A stretch of DNA of 248,000 nt from Hyalangium minutum (GTDB taxonomy: Bacteria; Myxococcota; Myxococcia; Myxococcales; Myxococcaceae): the NCBI RefSeq assembly GCF_000737315.1, contig NZ_JMCB01000002.1:268001-516000 (forward strand), read 5' to 3'. Within the stretch, counting starts at the first letter, position 1, and every line of letters begins with the position of its first letter. Both the position numbers and the translations under genes were made by a program. Below the pieces are notes generated by a model that ran no database searches, was not told where the DNA came from, and saw only the letters and a program-made list of their open reading frames with translations. This document shows positions 84,612 through 94,466 of the stretch, piece after piece.

Positions 84612-86888
84612 ATGACGATGCTGGATGATGTGACCACCCATGCGGGGATGCCGCTCATGGCCTCCTCGTCCTCTCCTGGAGCGTGCCTGATTCTGATCAG
84701 CACGGCGCTGCCAGGCTTGATTGGCAAGGCCTTCCCGCTGGCGCCGGGCGAGCACGTGGTGGGCCGCGGCTCCGAGGCCAGCATCCGCATTGATGACCAT
84801 GGGGTGTCCCGGCGGCACGCGCGCGTGGTCCGTACGTCCGAGGGCGCGTGCTTCGTCACGGACCTGAAGTCCACCAACGGCACGTACCTCAACGGGGTGT
84901 CCGTCTCCTCGGCGGAGCTGCGCGAGGGGGACCGGCTGCAGATTGGCACCGGCACCGTGTTCCGCTTCTCCATCCGTGGGCAGCTCGAGCCCCGCGAGGA
85001 GCAGCTTCGCCAGGCGCTGTCCGCCGCGCGTGTGGGCATCTGGGACTGGAACGCCTCCTCCGGCGTGGTGACGTGGTCCGAGCACGTGGACCGCATGCTG
85101 GGCCTGCACGTGGGCAAGCTCTCCGGCCGCCCCATGGAGCTGCGCGAGGTGGTGCACCCGGAGGACCTGGAGCGCGTGAAGGCGGCGCTGGCCTCGGCGC
85201 TGGAGCAGAAGACGCACGTGGAGCTGGAGTACCGCATCGAGCCCGCGGGCAGCGGCTTCCGGTGGATCTCCTGCAAAGGAGACGTGCTGACGGACCTGGC
85301 TGGCGCTCCCGCGCGCATCACGGGCACGGTGATGGATATTACGGCGCGCAAGCAGGCCGAGCAGGAGCTGCGCCGCCACGCGCTCATCTTCGAGAGCTTC
85401 TATGACGGGGTGGTCATCACCGACTTGTCCGGCCGGATTGTGGACTTGAACCCGAGCGCGGAGCGGATGTTCGGCCGCGTCAAGTCGGAGACGCTGGGAC
85501 TGACGCTCTTCTCGGTGCTGCACCCGGGGGAGACGGACGCGCTCACGGCGAAGATTTTCTCCACGCTGGAGCAGATGGGCCGCTGGACGGGCGAGGTGGA
85601 GTTCCAGCGCCGCGACGGCACCAGCTGCACCTGCGAGTCCGTGGCGGTACCGCTGCGGGACTCGGAGGGGCTCGCCATCGCCTGCATCCTGGTCCACCGG
85701 GACATTACGGAGCGCAAGCACCTGCAGGCGCGCCTGGTGATGGCGGACCGGCTCGCGTCCGTGGGCACGCTGGGCGCGGGCGTGGCGCATGAAATCAACA
85801 ACCCGCTGGCCTACATGCTCGTCAACCTGCACCTCATCCGCTCGGGGCTGGAGCGGCTGGAGGCGCTGTCGCCGCCAGGCACCATCGAGCCGCTGCAACA
85901 GCTGGCCCAGGAGACGACCGAGGGCGCCGAGCGGATTGCCGCCATCGTGAAGGACCTGAAGACGTTCGCGCGCGGCGAGGCGGATGCACGGCTGGGCGCG
86001 GTGGACGTGCGGCGCGCGGTGGAGCTGGCGTGCAAGATGGCGGACAACATGCTGCGCCACCGCGCGCGGCTGATGCTGGACTTCGAGTCGGCGCCGCCCG
86101 TGGAGGCCAACGAGTCCCGGCTGTGCCAGGTGTTCCTCAACCTGCTGTTGAACGCGGCGCAGGCCATCCCCGAGGGCGAGCCGCCGGAGCGCCATGAGAT
86201 TGCCGTGCGCATCCGCACGAAGGAGCCCGGGCAGGTGGTGGTGGAGGTGCGGGACACGGGCGCGGGCATGACGTCCGAGGTGCTCTCGCGCGTGTTTGAT
86301 CCGTTCTTCACGACGAAGCCGGTGGGCGAGGGCACGGGCCTGGGGCTCTCCATCTGCCACGGCATCATCGAGTCGATGGGCGGCACCATCTCCGTGGAGA
86401 GCACGCCGGGCAAGGGCAGCACCTTCCGCGTCGTGCTGCGCGCCATGGAGGTGGAGGAGGACATCCCCACGCGCGTCGACTTGCGGACCCTCGGCGCGGT
86501 GTCGGCCGCGCCGCGCGCACGGGTGCTCGTGGTGGATGACGAGCCGAACGTGACATCCGCGCTGCGGCGCGCCCTGGGCTCCGACCACGACGTGTCCACC
86601 GCCAACAGCGCCCGCGATGCGCTGCAGCTGCTGACGCGGGACCGTGGGTTCGACATCATCCTGTGTGACTTGATGATGCCGGGGATGACGGGCATGGACC
86701 TGTACGCGGAGCTGGACAAGGAAGCGCCCGAGGTGGCCACACGGGTGGTCTTCATGACGGGCGGTGCGTTCACTCCCCGCGCCGTCACCTTCCTTCAGGG
86801 CGTGCCGAACCCCAAGATTGGCAAGCCCTTGAACCTGGAGGAGCTGAGGGTGCTCGTCAGCCGGCGCGCCGCCGGGGCCCAGCGATGA
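84612..86888 (+). CDS. espA: FHA-PAS-PAS hybrid histidine kinase EspA
   Basis: FHA (VGRG, VSRRHA, STNGT), two PAS, HisKA/HATPase, receiver; followed by OPT gene. Confidence 0.8.
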   Translation: MTMLDDVTTHAGMPLMASSSSPGACLILISTALPGLIGKAFPLAPGEHVVGRGSEASIRIDDHGVSRRHARVVRTSEGACFVTDLKSTNGTYLNGVSVSSAELREGDRLQIGTGTVFRFSIRGQLEPREEQLRQALSAARVGIWDWNASSGVVTWSEHVDRMLGLHVGKLSGRPMELREVVHPEDLERVKAALASALEQKTHVELEYRIEPAGSGFRWISCKGDVLTDLAGAPARITGTVMDITARKQAEQELRRHALIFESFYDGVVITDLSGRIVDLNPSAERMFGRVKSETLGLTLFSVLHPGETDALTAKIFSTLEQMGRWTGEVEFQRRDGTSCTCESVAVPLRDSEGLAIACILVHRDITERKHLQARLVMADRLASVGTLGAGVAHEINNPLAYMLVNLHLIRSGLERLEALSPPGTIEPLQQLAQETTEGAERIAAIVKDLKTFARGEADARLGAVDVRRAVELACKMADNMLRHRARLMLDFESAPPVEANESRLCQVFLNLLLNAAQAIPEGEPPERHEIAVRIRTKEPGQVVVEVRDTGAGMTSEVLSRVFDPFFTTKPVGEGTGLGLSICHGIIESMGGTISVESTPGKGSTFRVVLRAMEVEEDIPTRVDLRTLGAVSAAPRARVLVVDDEPNVTSALRRALGSDHDVSTANSARDALQLLTRDRGFDIILCDLMMPGMTGMDLYAELDKEAPEVATRVVFMTGGAFTPRAVTFLQGVPNPKIGKPLNLEELRVLVSRRAAGAQR

Positions 86889-88678
86889 CGGTCCCCTCGA
86901 GGTCCCTGGAGCCGGTGGCTCTTGGAGGCGCTTCCGAGCAGACGCTCGTGCCCCCTCCGGCACAGGAGACACTGGGCACAGGCCGGGAGTTCACTCCGCG
87001 TGCGCTGGCCACCGGGTGCCTCATCGGAGCCGTGCTGACTGTCTCCAACCTCTACATGGGGTTGAAGACGGGGCTCTGGGAGAGCGGCTCCATCATGTCG
87101 GCGGTGCTGGGCTTCAGCGGCCTGGCGGCGTTGGGGCGGCGGTGGGGTGGGGCGCCGGGGCCGCTGGAGACGAACCTCTCGCAGTCGACCTCGAGCGCCA
87201 CGGGTGCGGTGCCCGCCGCGGCAGGGCTGTTGGGCACGGTGCCGGCGCTGGCGCTGATGGGAGTGACCGTGCCCGCGTGGAGCCTGGTGGCCTGGGGCGC
87301 GTCGCTGGGGCTGCTCGGGGTGATGGCCTCGCACCTGCTGCGCAGGCGGCTGCTGGTGGACGAGGCGCTGCCATTCCCCACGGGCGCAGCCACCGCCGAA
87401 GTGATTACCGCCATGCACAGGGAAGGGGCCATGCGGCAGCCGGGGCGGGCCAAGGCGCTGATGGGCGCGGGGCTGTGCTCCATGGCGCTGACCTGGGCGA
87501 GGGATGCGCTCAAATGGGTGCCCGACGTGACGGCGTTTCCGGGGCGGCTGGCGGGGTTGCCCGCGGCCACCTTCACCTGGGGCTTCGGCTGGATGCCGCT
87601 GGCGCTGGGGGTTGGGATTCTGGCGGGGCTGCCCATGGGGCTGAGCATGCTGCTGGGCGCCGTGCTGGCCTTTGGTGTGCTGGCGCCCCCGCTCGTGAGC
87701 TCGGGGGTGGTCGCGGAGAGTGGCGGCTATGAGGCGCTCTCCATTTGGCTCGTCTGGCCTGGCGTCGGGTTGATGGTGGGCGGGGCGCTCGTCTCGCTCG
87801 CGTCGCAGGCGCGCTCGCTCTTCAGGGTGGTGAAGGATCTGCGCGCGCTGGGGAGCGGGGATGTGCGCTCCCTCCGCTGGCTCCTGGTGGCGGCGCTGGG
87901 GGCGTGTGGCGTGGTGCTCGCCCTGGGCGTGGGAGTGTTTGGGCTGTCCCTGCTCCAGGCGCTGGTGATGCTGGCGCTCGTGGTGCCACTGTGCGCGGTG
88001 TGCGCGCGCGGGGCGGGGCAGGTGGATGTGGCTCCGGTGGGTTCCATGGGCCAGGCCGCGCAGATTGCCTCGGGCACCTTCTTCCCAGGGCCGAGCGCGG
88101 TCAATGTCGCCGCGGGCGGCGTGGTGGCGGGAGCGGTGGCGCACACGGGCGTGGGCCTCTGGTCTCTCAAGGCTGGACACCTGCTGGGTGCCGCGCCCCA
88201 GCGCCAGCTCCTCGCACAGTTGCTGGGTGTGCTCGTGGGGTCCGTGGTGGCTGTGCCTGCGTATCTGCTGCTGGTGCAGACCCATGGGCTCGCGAGCAAG
88301 GCACTGGCCGCACCCTCGGCGCAGCCGATCCGCGTGGTGGCGGAGCTCTTTACGCGGGGGGGCTCGGGGCTGCCGCCGTATGCGCTCCTGGCAGCGGGGA
88401 TTGGCTTCGGACTGGGCGTCGTGCTGGCGCTGGCCGCGCGCGGGAGGCTGGAGCGCTTCCTGCCGTCACCGGTGGCCATGGGCATTGGCTTCATTCTGCC
88501 CGCGTTCGTCGCGGTGACGATCGCCCTGGGCGGGCTGCTGGCCGCGGTGGCGCGCCGCGTCCGGCCTCAGTGGACCGAGCAGTACCTCCCTGCGGTGGGA
88601 GCGGGCACCATCACCGGTGAGTCCCTGATGGGGCTGGCCATCGCGGCGCTCACGTGGTTCGGGGTTCTGGGGCACTAG
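86885..88678 (+). CDS. espB: OPT-family membrane protein EspB
   Basis: SNLYMGLKTG, FPTG.ATA; overlaps espA stop. Confidence 0.8.
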   Translation: MTVPSRSLEPVALGGASEQTLVPPPAQETLGTGREFTPRALATGCLIGAVLTVSNLYMGLKTGLWESGSIMSAVLGFSGLAALGRRWGGAPGPLETNLSQSTSSATGAVPAAAGLLGTVPALALMGVTVPAWSLVAWGASLGLLGVMASHLLRRRLLVDEALPFPTGAATAEVITAMHREGAMRQPGRAKALMGAGLCSMALTWARDALKWVPDVTAFPGRLAGLPAATFTWGFGWMPLALGVGILAGLPMGLSMLLGAVLAFGVLAPPLVSSGVVAESGGYEALSIWLVWPGVGLMVGGALVSLASQARSLFRVVKDLRALGSGDVRSLRWLLVAALGACGVVLALGVGVFGLSLLQALVMLALVVPLCAVCARGAGQVDVAPVGSMGQAAQIASGTFFPGPSAVNVAAGGVVAGAVAHTGVGLWSLKAGHLLGAAPQRQLLAQLLGVLVGSVVAVPAYLLLVQTHGLASKALAAPSAQPIRVVAELFTRGGSGLPPYALLAAGIGFGLGVVLALAARGRLERFLPSPVAMGIGFILPAFVAVTIALGGLLAAVARRVRPQWTEQYLPAVGAGTITGESLMGLAIAALTWFGVLGH

Positions 88679-88705
88679 CATCGATGGCCCCCGAAACTCC
88701 GTGAG

Positions 88706-91700
88706 CTACGCCGGGCTCGAGGCCCGCTCCAGCGCTCGTCGCAGCCGCCCTTCCATGAGGTTGGGGATGGTGGCGGCCCGCTCCAGCGCCTCCTTCAGGA
88801 CGCGCACTGCCTCCTCGCGCTCTCCTCGCCGCAGCGCCGCCAGCCCCATCATCTCCAGCACCTCCAGCGGCTCCTGCTCCATGGACACCTCCGCCGAGCG
88901 CAGCCGGAGCTGCTGCCACGCCTCCTGGCTGGCGTCCTGCGTGGTGAGCTCCACCATGGAGAAGAGCACCTCCTCGGAGGCGCTGAGCGCAGAGGCCTGC
89001 CGCTGCCGGGACAGCACCCCGCGCACCTGCGCCAGCCGCTCCATCGCCTGTGCGTACTTGCCCTCCCAGGCCAGCACCCGCGCGTCCAGCAGCAGCCCCC
89101 AGGGCCGAGATGCCACCTCGGGGTGCTGGCGCTCCAGGTCGATGGCCCGTGCAATGTGTGGCGCCGCCGCCCCCGCGTCCCCCGCCTGGTAGTACAGCTC
89201 TCCCAGGTTGTGCTCGGCGAAGTACTCCCAGCCCACCATGCCCAGCTCGCGGCCCAGGTGCATGAACCGCAGCTGATCCTTCACCGCGTTGGCCAGGTCC
89301 TTGCGCGACACCCAGAGGTTGCGCCGGTTGTTGATGGCGCTGCCCAAGTGGAACCGGTCACCGCGCTTCGTGCACGAGGCGATGACGTCCTCCAGCACCT
89401 CCGCTGTCTCCGTGATGCGGCCCAGGTTGGGGAGGATGACGGCCAGCAGCAACTGCGCCACCACCCGCGTCTCGTAGCCCGCGTCTCCCAGCAGGTTCGC
89501 GCTGTCCGCGGCCGCCTCCAGCGGAGGACAGGCCTCCGCCCAGCGGCCCTTGCGGAACCACGTCATGCCCACGCCCAGCAGCAGCCGTGCCCGGACATAG
89601 GTGGAGGCCACCTTGCCCACCCGTGCATGCGCCGCATCCACGCAGGCCGCCGAGCGCTCGTAGTCGTTCATCCAGTCCCGCGCCATCGCCTCGTCCAGCA
89701 GCACCTCCACCTCGGCGCGCACGTCGGCCACCCGCCGGGCCATCTCTCGCGCCTTCGTGAAGTCCGCCAGCGAGTCCTCGTACCGGCCAATGCGGTAGCG
89801 CATCATCCCCCGCCCCCGGTAGAGCGTCAGCCCGCGCAGCTCGTCCGCCGAATCCAACAGCGCCAGCGCGCGTGTGTAGAGTGTCTCCGCGTCCAGGTAG
89901 GCGTGACGGCCGCGGGCGGACTCGGCCAGATCCAAGTAGAGCGCGAGCGCCTCCTCCCGCATGCCCGCCACCGCCGCGTGGAAGGCCAGCCGGGGGATGA
90001 GCTGCCGCTCGTGGGCGGCGCTGCGGCTCTCGAAGAAGCGGAAGGCCGCGCGGTGGATGTGGATGCGCTCGGCCTCGGGCAGCGTGTGGGCCACCGCCTC
90101 GCGTACCAGCTCGTTGCGGAAGCTGATCTCCTCGTGGCGGTGCTCCACCAGCAGCCCCTGGTCCAACAGCCGGCGCGTGGCGTGGCCCGGGTCCAACGGG
90201 AAGTCCGCCGCGAGCCCCTCGCGCTCCAGCTCCCGCACCACGCCCTCGGCCGAGGTGGCGGTGAAGTCCGAGCCCAGCAGTGCGCACAGCCGAGCGTGCG
90301 CCGCCAGCGCCGGAGGGAGGGCCCCCAGCTCACGGTCCGCCAGCCACTCCACCAGCCGCAGCTCCGGGAGGGTGTTCAGCTCGTCGGTGACGAGGTACCA
90401 ACTGCCCCCATCGCCGCGCTGGCGCACCAGGCCCTGCCGCTTGAGGGCTCGCACGAGCTCCACCAAGAAGAGGGGCACGCGGCGGGCGCGCTCGACGATG
90501 CGCTCCACCGCTTGAGCGGGCACGTTGTCCACCGGGCGCAGCAGCGTGCGGCACAGTGCCTGCGCATGCTCGGGCGCCAGCGGCTCCAGGGTGAGGCGGA
90601 GTCGATGGGCGGCGCGCGTGCCCCAGGCGGGACGGCTGCGCTCGAACTCCGGGCGCGCCAGCACGCCGATCCACAGAGGCACCCGGGTCTCCGCCAGACA
90701 CGCGTACTCCAGCGCATCCAGCGAAATCTCATCCGCGAAGTGCGCGTCATCGAGCAGCAGGCACAGCGGGCGCTCGCGGGCGATGGCCGCCAGCAGCTCT
90801 CCGGTGGCGCGCATGGCCAGCGAGCGCAACGCACCCGGTGCTGCGGCCCGGCTCTGCAGCTCGGGGCTGTCCGGGGCGGACCACCCCAGTGTGGCGGACA
90901 CGCCGGGCCACAGCTCCGCGGCCAGCTCGGGCCCCAGCCGCGAGAAGAAGGCATTGCGGCCCTCCTCCACCGAGCCGGTGTCATCCTTCTCGAAGGCGTG
91001 GAGCGCCAGGCGCAGCAGCGTGCGCAGGGTGCCCGAGGGGTCTCCCTGCACGGGCTCGCGCGCGCGCAGCGTGTAGACGCGGGCCCGGGGCAGGGACTCG
91101 CGCACCCGGTGGGCCAGCTCCGCGCTGAAGTGGCTCTTGCCGTGGCCCCGCTCGCCCAGCACCGTGGCCAGCGTGGGAGCGCGCTCCTCCAACGCCCGGC
91201 GCACGCTCGCCCAGAAGGACTTCAGCTCCTCGTCCCGGCCGATCAGCACCTCGCTGCCGAGCTTGAGCACGGTGGCCTCCGTGCGCGGCGCCACTTCGGC
91301 GGGCACGGGGCGCAGCAGGCCCTCGCGGTCGGGGACAGACGCGAAGCTCACGTCGGGCACGGCGTCCGCCGCCGCGGAGGTGAGCATCAGGGGGATGGTG
91401 TCCGTGGCGGCGGGGTAGCGCTCCTTGCGCGTGAAGATGCTGCCCAGGTAGCGCGGCGGCGAGCCCGGGCGCTGCTGCACGGTGACGGTGGCCACGTCCA
91501 CGAGCGCCGTCGTCACCAGCCCGCGCTCCTCCAGCTCCTGCGCCGCGCGCATGGCCCGCTGCACCGGATTCTCCCCGGCGTTGAGATCGAACACGCCGGC
91601 GAACCGGGGGCCGTCGCGCCAGGCCACCTGCCCGCCGAGCCCGCTCAGCACCTTCTGGATGGAGACGGGGTTGCCGGTGGAGGAGCAGAGCAGCACCGCC

Positions 91701-92734
91701 ACCGAGCGGCGGGCCTGGGCGGGGCGAGCGGGCTCCTCGGGGGAAGCGGGACGCGCGGGAGCTTCCCGGACGGGCGGGGCAGAGTAGACGGGCTGGGAGA
91801 GCGCCTCGCGCAGCGCCCCGCGCACAGCGGCCCCACTGTCGAAGCGCCGGAAGCGCTCCTTGGAGAGGCACTGGAGCACCACGGCCTCCACGGCCGGTGA
91901 GACGGGGGCCAGCTCCGAGGGGCGCTGGGGCCTCAGCGAGAGGTGCGATTGAAGCACCTGCGTGTGGAGGCCGAAGAAGGGGGGGCGCCCGGTGAGCATC
92001 TCGTACAGGAGCACCCCGAATGCGTAGACGTCCGTGCGCGCATCCAGCAGGGCGGAGCCCGCGCATTGCTCGGGGGCCATGTACTCCGCGGTCCCCGCGT
92101 AGGCGTGCGCACTGGCCGTGGAGGCGTCTCCGGGGAAGGGGGGCAGGGCCGGGGAGCGCGCCAGCCCGAAGTCGATGAGCCGCACGCGCGCGGGGTCCGC
92201 GTCCAGGAAGAGGTTCTCCGGCTTGAGGTCGCAGTGGATGAAGCCCCGCGTGTGGAGCGAGTCCAGCGCCTCCGCCATGGCGAGCGCGTGCGAGGAGAAC
92301 TCCTGCGGCGGCAGGGGGCCGGAGGGCTCGGCCAGGCGCTGGGCCAGGGTGGGCTGCGCCACATACTCCATCACCATGCAGCGGCCACCGGCCTCGAGCG
92401 GGCTCAGCTCATACAGCGCGGGCGTCAGCGGAGGGCCGATGAGCCGCAGCGCCTCGGCCTCGCGGGTGAGCAGGGCGGCGGCCAGGGAATGGCCAGTCGG
92501 AGGGACCTTGAGGGCCACGGGGGTGTTGTCCGAGAGCCGGTGTCCGCCCAGCACTGTGGCGAAGCCGCCGCGCGCGATGAGGCGATCGACGCGGTAGCCC
92601 ACCAGAGAGAGCTCCGGGGCCGCGAGGCTCTCGGGCAGAGGCGCTGGGGCGTTCAGGCCAGGGCCCCCCTGTGGACACACGGGGTGAGTTCCCTCCCAGC
92701 GCCTGCCGCATGTCTGACAGCGAGGCACGCTCAA
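88706..92734 (-). CDS. Large Ser/Thr kinase with AAA ATPase and TPR (PktB8-like by position)
   Basis: HCDLKPEN, DFG, GERGHGKS, TPR helices. Confidence 0.88.
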   Translation of the reverse strand: MSVPRCQTCGRRWEGTHPVCPQGGPGLNAPAPLPESLAAPELSLVGYRVDRLIARGGFATVLGGHRLSDNTPVALKVPPTGHSLAAALLTREAEALRLIGPPLTPALYELSPLEAGGRCMVMEYVAQPTLAQRLAEPSGPLPPQEFSSHALAMAEALDSLHTRGFIHCDLKPENLFLDADPARVRLIDFGLARSPALPPFPGDASTASAHAYAGTAEYMAPEQCAGSALLDARTDVYAFGVLLYEMLTGRPPFFGLHTQVLQSHLSLRPQRPSELAPVSPAVEAVVLQCLSKERFRRFDSGAAVRGALREALSQPVYSAPPVREAPARPASPEEPARPAQARRSVAVLLCSSTGNPVSIQKVLSGLGGQVAWRDGPRFAGVFDLNAGENPVQRAMRAAQELEERGLVTTALVDVATVTVQQRPGSPPRYLGSIFTRKERYPAATDTIPLMLTSAAADAVPDVSFASVPDREGLLRPVPAEVAPRTEATVLKLGSEVLIGRDEELKSFWASVRRALEERAPTLATVLGERGHGKSHFSAELAHRVRESLPRARVYTLRAREPVQGDPSGTLRTLLRLALHAFEKDDTGSVEEGRNAFFSRLGPELAAELWPGVSATLGWSAPDSPELQSRAAAPGALRSLAMRATGELLAAIARERPLCLLLDDAHFADEISLDALEYACLAETRVPLWIGVLARPEFERSRPAWGTRAAHRLRLTLEPLAPEHAQALCRTLLRPVDNVPAQAVERIVERARRVPLFLVELVRALKRQGLVRQRGDGGSWYLVTDELNTLPELRLVEWLADRELGALPPALAAHARLCALLGSDFTATSAEGVVRELEREGLAADFPLDPGHATRRLLDQGLLVEHRHEEISFRNELVREAVAHTLPEAERIHIHRAAFRFFESRSAAHERQLIPRLAFHAAVAGMREEALALYLDLAESARGRHAYLDAETLYTRALALLDSADELRGLTLYRGRGMMRYRIGRYEDSLADFTKAREMARRVADVRAEVEVLLDEAMARDWMNDYERSAACVDAAHARVGKVASTYVRARLLLGVGMTWFRKGRWAEACPPLEAAADSANLLGDAGYETRVVAQLLLAVILPNLGRITETAEVLEDVIASCTKRGDRFHLGSAINNRRNLWVSRKDLANAVKDQLRFMHLGRELGMVGWEYFAEHNLGELYYQAGDAGAAAPHIARAIDLERQHPEVASRPWGLLLDARVLAWEGKYAQAMERLAQVRGVLSRQRQASALSASEEVLFSMVELTTQDASQEAWQQLRLRSAEVSMEQEPLEVLEMMGLAALRRGEREEAVRVLKEALERAATIPNLMEGRLRRALERASSPA

Positions 92735-92879
92735 ACTCTACGTGTCTGGTCCAACGCCTTCCATGGCGGGTACCCGGTAGGTCGGTGGGACAATGTGTCA
92801 CCGCAAGCGGACGAGCCTGGACTGCGCGTGAAGCCCGCTGCTGACCGCGCTTTCAGCCAGTCCCTGAAACAGTGGGGTG

Positions 92880-94454
92880 TCACTCGAGCCCGCCCGAGTC
92901 GTAGCTGGAGGGTACGTCCACGTGGAAGACGAGCTCCACCGTGCGCTTCTCCGCCGGAGCCAGCGGGAGCTTCCAGGTGGCGATGCCGTCCGCTGCGTCC
93001 AGCGCGTAGCCCGCCGTCGTCTTCTTCGCGTCCAGCTCCACCTTCACGTCCTCCAGCTCGGACACGGGGATGTGCTCGGACACCTCGAGCTGCTCGGGCG
93101 TCTTGCGGTAGTTGGCCACCTCGAAGCGGTAGGCGTAGCGGAAGCGCCGCTTGCCGCCGAAGAGGCCCGTGTCCCGGGCCACCTCCTCTACCACCTGCCG
93201 CTCCACGCGCAGGCCCTCCTCGATGCCGAACGTCAGCTCGAAGGGGGCGCCTTGCGCCACGCGCTCCAGCGGCTGGCGGCCGAGGAAGCCCGTCTGCCGG
93301 AACACGTCCACCGGGCCCGCCAGCAGCGGGAAGGGCGCCGTGTTGGTGAGCCGCGCCACGCGGAACACCACCGGGTACAGCTTGGGAATGGTGCGCCAGG
93401 CGAAGGAGGCCTGGAGCGGGGTGCGCGCCACCCTCAGCCGCACCTCCGAGCCGTCTCCCGGCACATTCGCCCGCTCCGGTACGGTGAGCTGCACGGAGAG
93501 CCCCTGGGCCTTGGCATGCAGGGACTCTCCGCCGGAGGGAGGGGTGCTGGCTCCCGACTGCGCGTGCTCCTGGCGCTCCTCGCGGCTCACGAGCACCTTG
93601 CGCTCCACCTTGCGCTCCCGGGAGGAGACGAACAGGGGCCGCAGCTCCGGAGGCGTGGCGTTCTCATCCGGCACGGCGGTGGAGAGCACCAGCTGCGCCT
93701 CCTTCCAGTCCTCGCCGGAGGCCTGCTTCACCGTGGCGTAGGTGGACAGCTCCACCCGCTGGCCCTGCTCGTCGGCGCGGGCCTCGTAGGCCGGCTGCCA
93801 GGAGGCGCCGCCCACCAGGTAGGTGAGCTCCACGCGGGCCTGGGTGCCCGAGGGGCAGTCCAGCCGCACCTCCACGCTCCGGTCGATGCGCGCCGAGGCC
93901 GCCAGCGTCCGCTGCTCCTGGGTGGAGAGCTCGGCCAGGGCGCGCGAGGTGGTGCGCAGCTTGGAGGCTTGGGCCTCCCGCTCGGCGCTGGCGCGCAGCC
94001 GGGAGCCGAGCGCCGTGTCCAGCGCGGTGCCCCACGCGCGGGTGTCCGGCTTGGCCTCGGTGAACTCGCGGCGGATGCGCCCGAGCGCCACGTTCATGAG
94101 GCCCGAGCCCAGCGAGTCCAGGGCCAGGGCGCGCGCGCGGGCATGCTCCAGGGCGGCCAGCTCGCGCTCCAGCTCCACGCGCTGCTTCTCCTGCTTCTCT
94201 CGCTCGGCGCCGTAGCGCGTCTGCCGCGTGTGCTCGGAGGCGAGCAGGCCCTCCACGGTGCCCCGGTCGGCGCGCGCCCGGAAGCTGGAGGGATCCGCGG
94301 CAGGGGGCAGCTCCTCGAAGCGCGCCAGGGTATCGCGGCCCGTGCACGTCACCGTCTGCGCGCGCGTCACCTGGGCGCGGTCGGGGTAGACGACGACGGA
94401 GCTCACCGAGGGAGTGGCGGCGAGCACCCACAACGTCAGGGACAGGGTGTGCAT
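92880..94454 (-). CDS. DUF4139/DUF4140 (MuiA-like) protein
   Basis: VVVYPDRAQVTR, ASWQP.YEAR. Confidence 0.85.
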   Translation of the reverse strand: MHTLSLTLWVLAATPSVSSVVVYPDRAQVTRAQTVTCTGRDTLARFEELPPAADPSSFRARADRGTVEGLLASEHTRQTRYGAEREKQEKQRVELERELAALEHARARALALDSLGSGLMNVALGRIRREFTEAKPDTRAWGTALDTALGSRLRASAEREAQASKLRTTSRALAELSTQEQRTLAASARIDRSVEVRLDCPSGTQARVELTYLVGGASWQPAYEARADEQGQRVELSTYATVKQASGEDWKEAQLVLSTAVPDENATPPELRPLFVSSRERKVERKVLVSREERQEHAQSGASTPPSGGESLHAKAQGLSVQLTVPERANVPGDGSEVRLRVARTPLQASFAWRTIPKLYPVVFRVARLTNTAPFPLLAGPVDVFRQTGFLGRQPLERVAQGAPFELTFGIEEGLRVERQVVEEVARDTGLFGGKRRFRYAYRFEVANYRKTPEQLEVSEHIPVSELEDVKVELDAKKTTAGYALDAADGIATWKLPLAPAEKRTVELVFHVDVPSSYDSGGLE

Positions 94455-94466
94455 GGTCGCTCCTCC

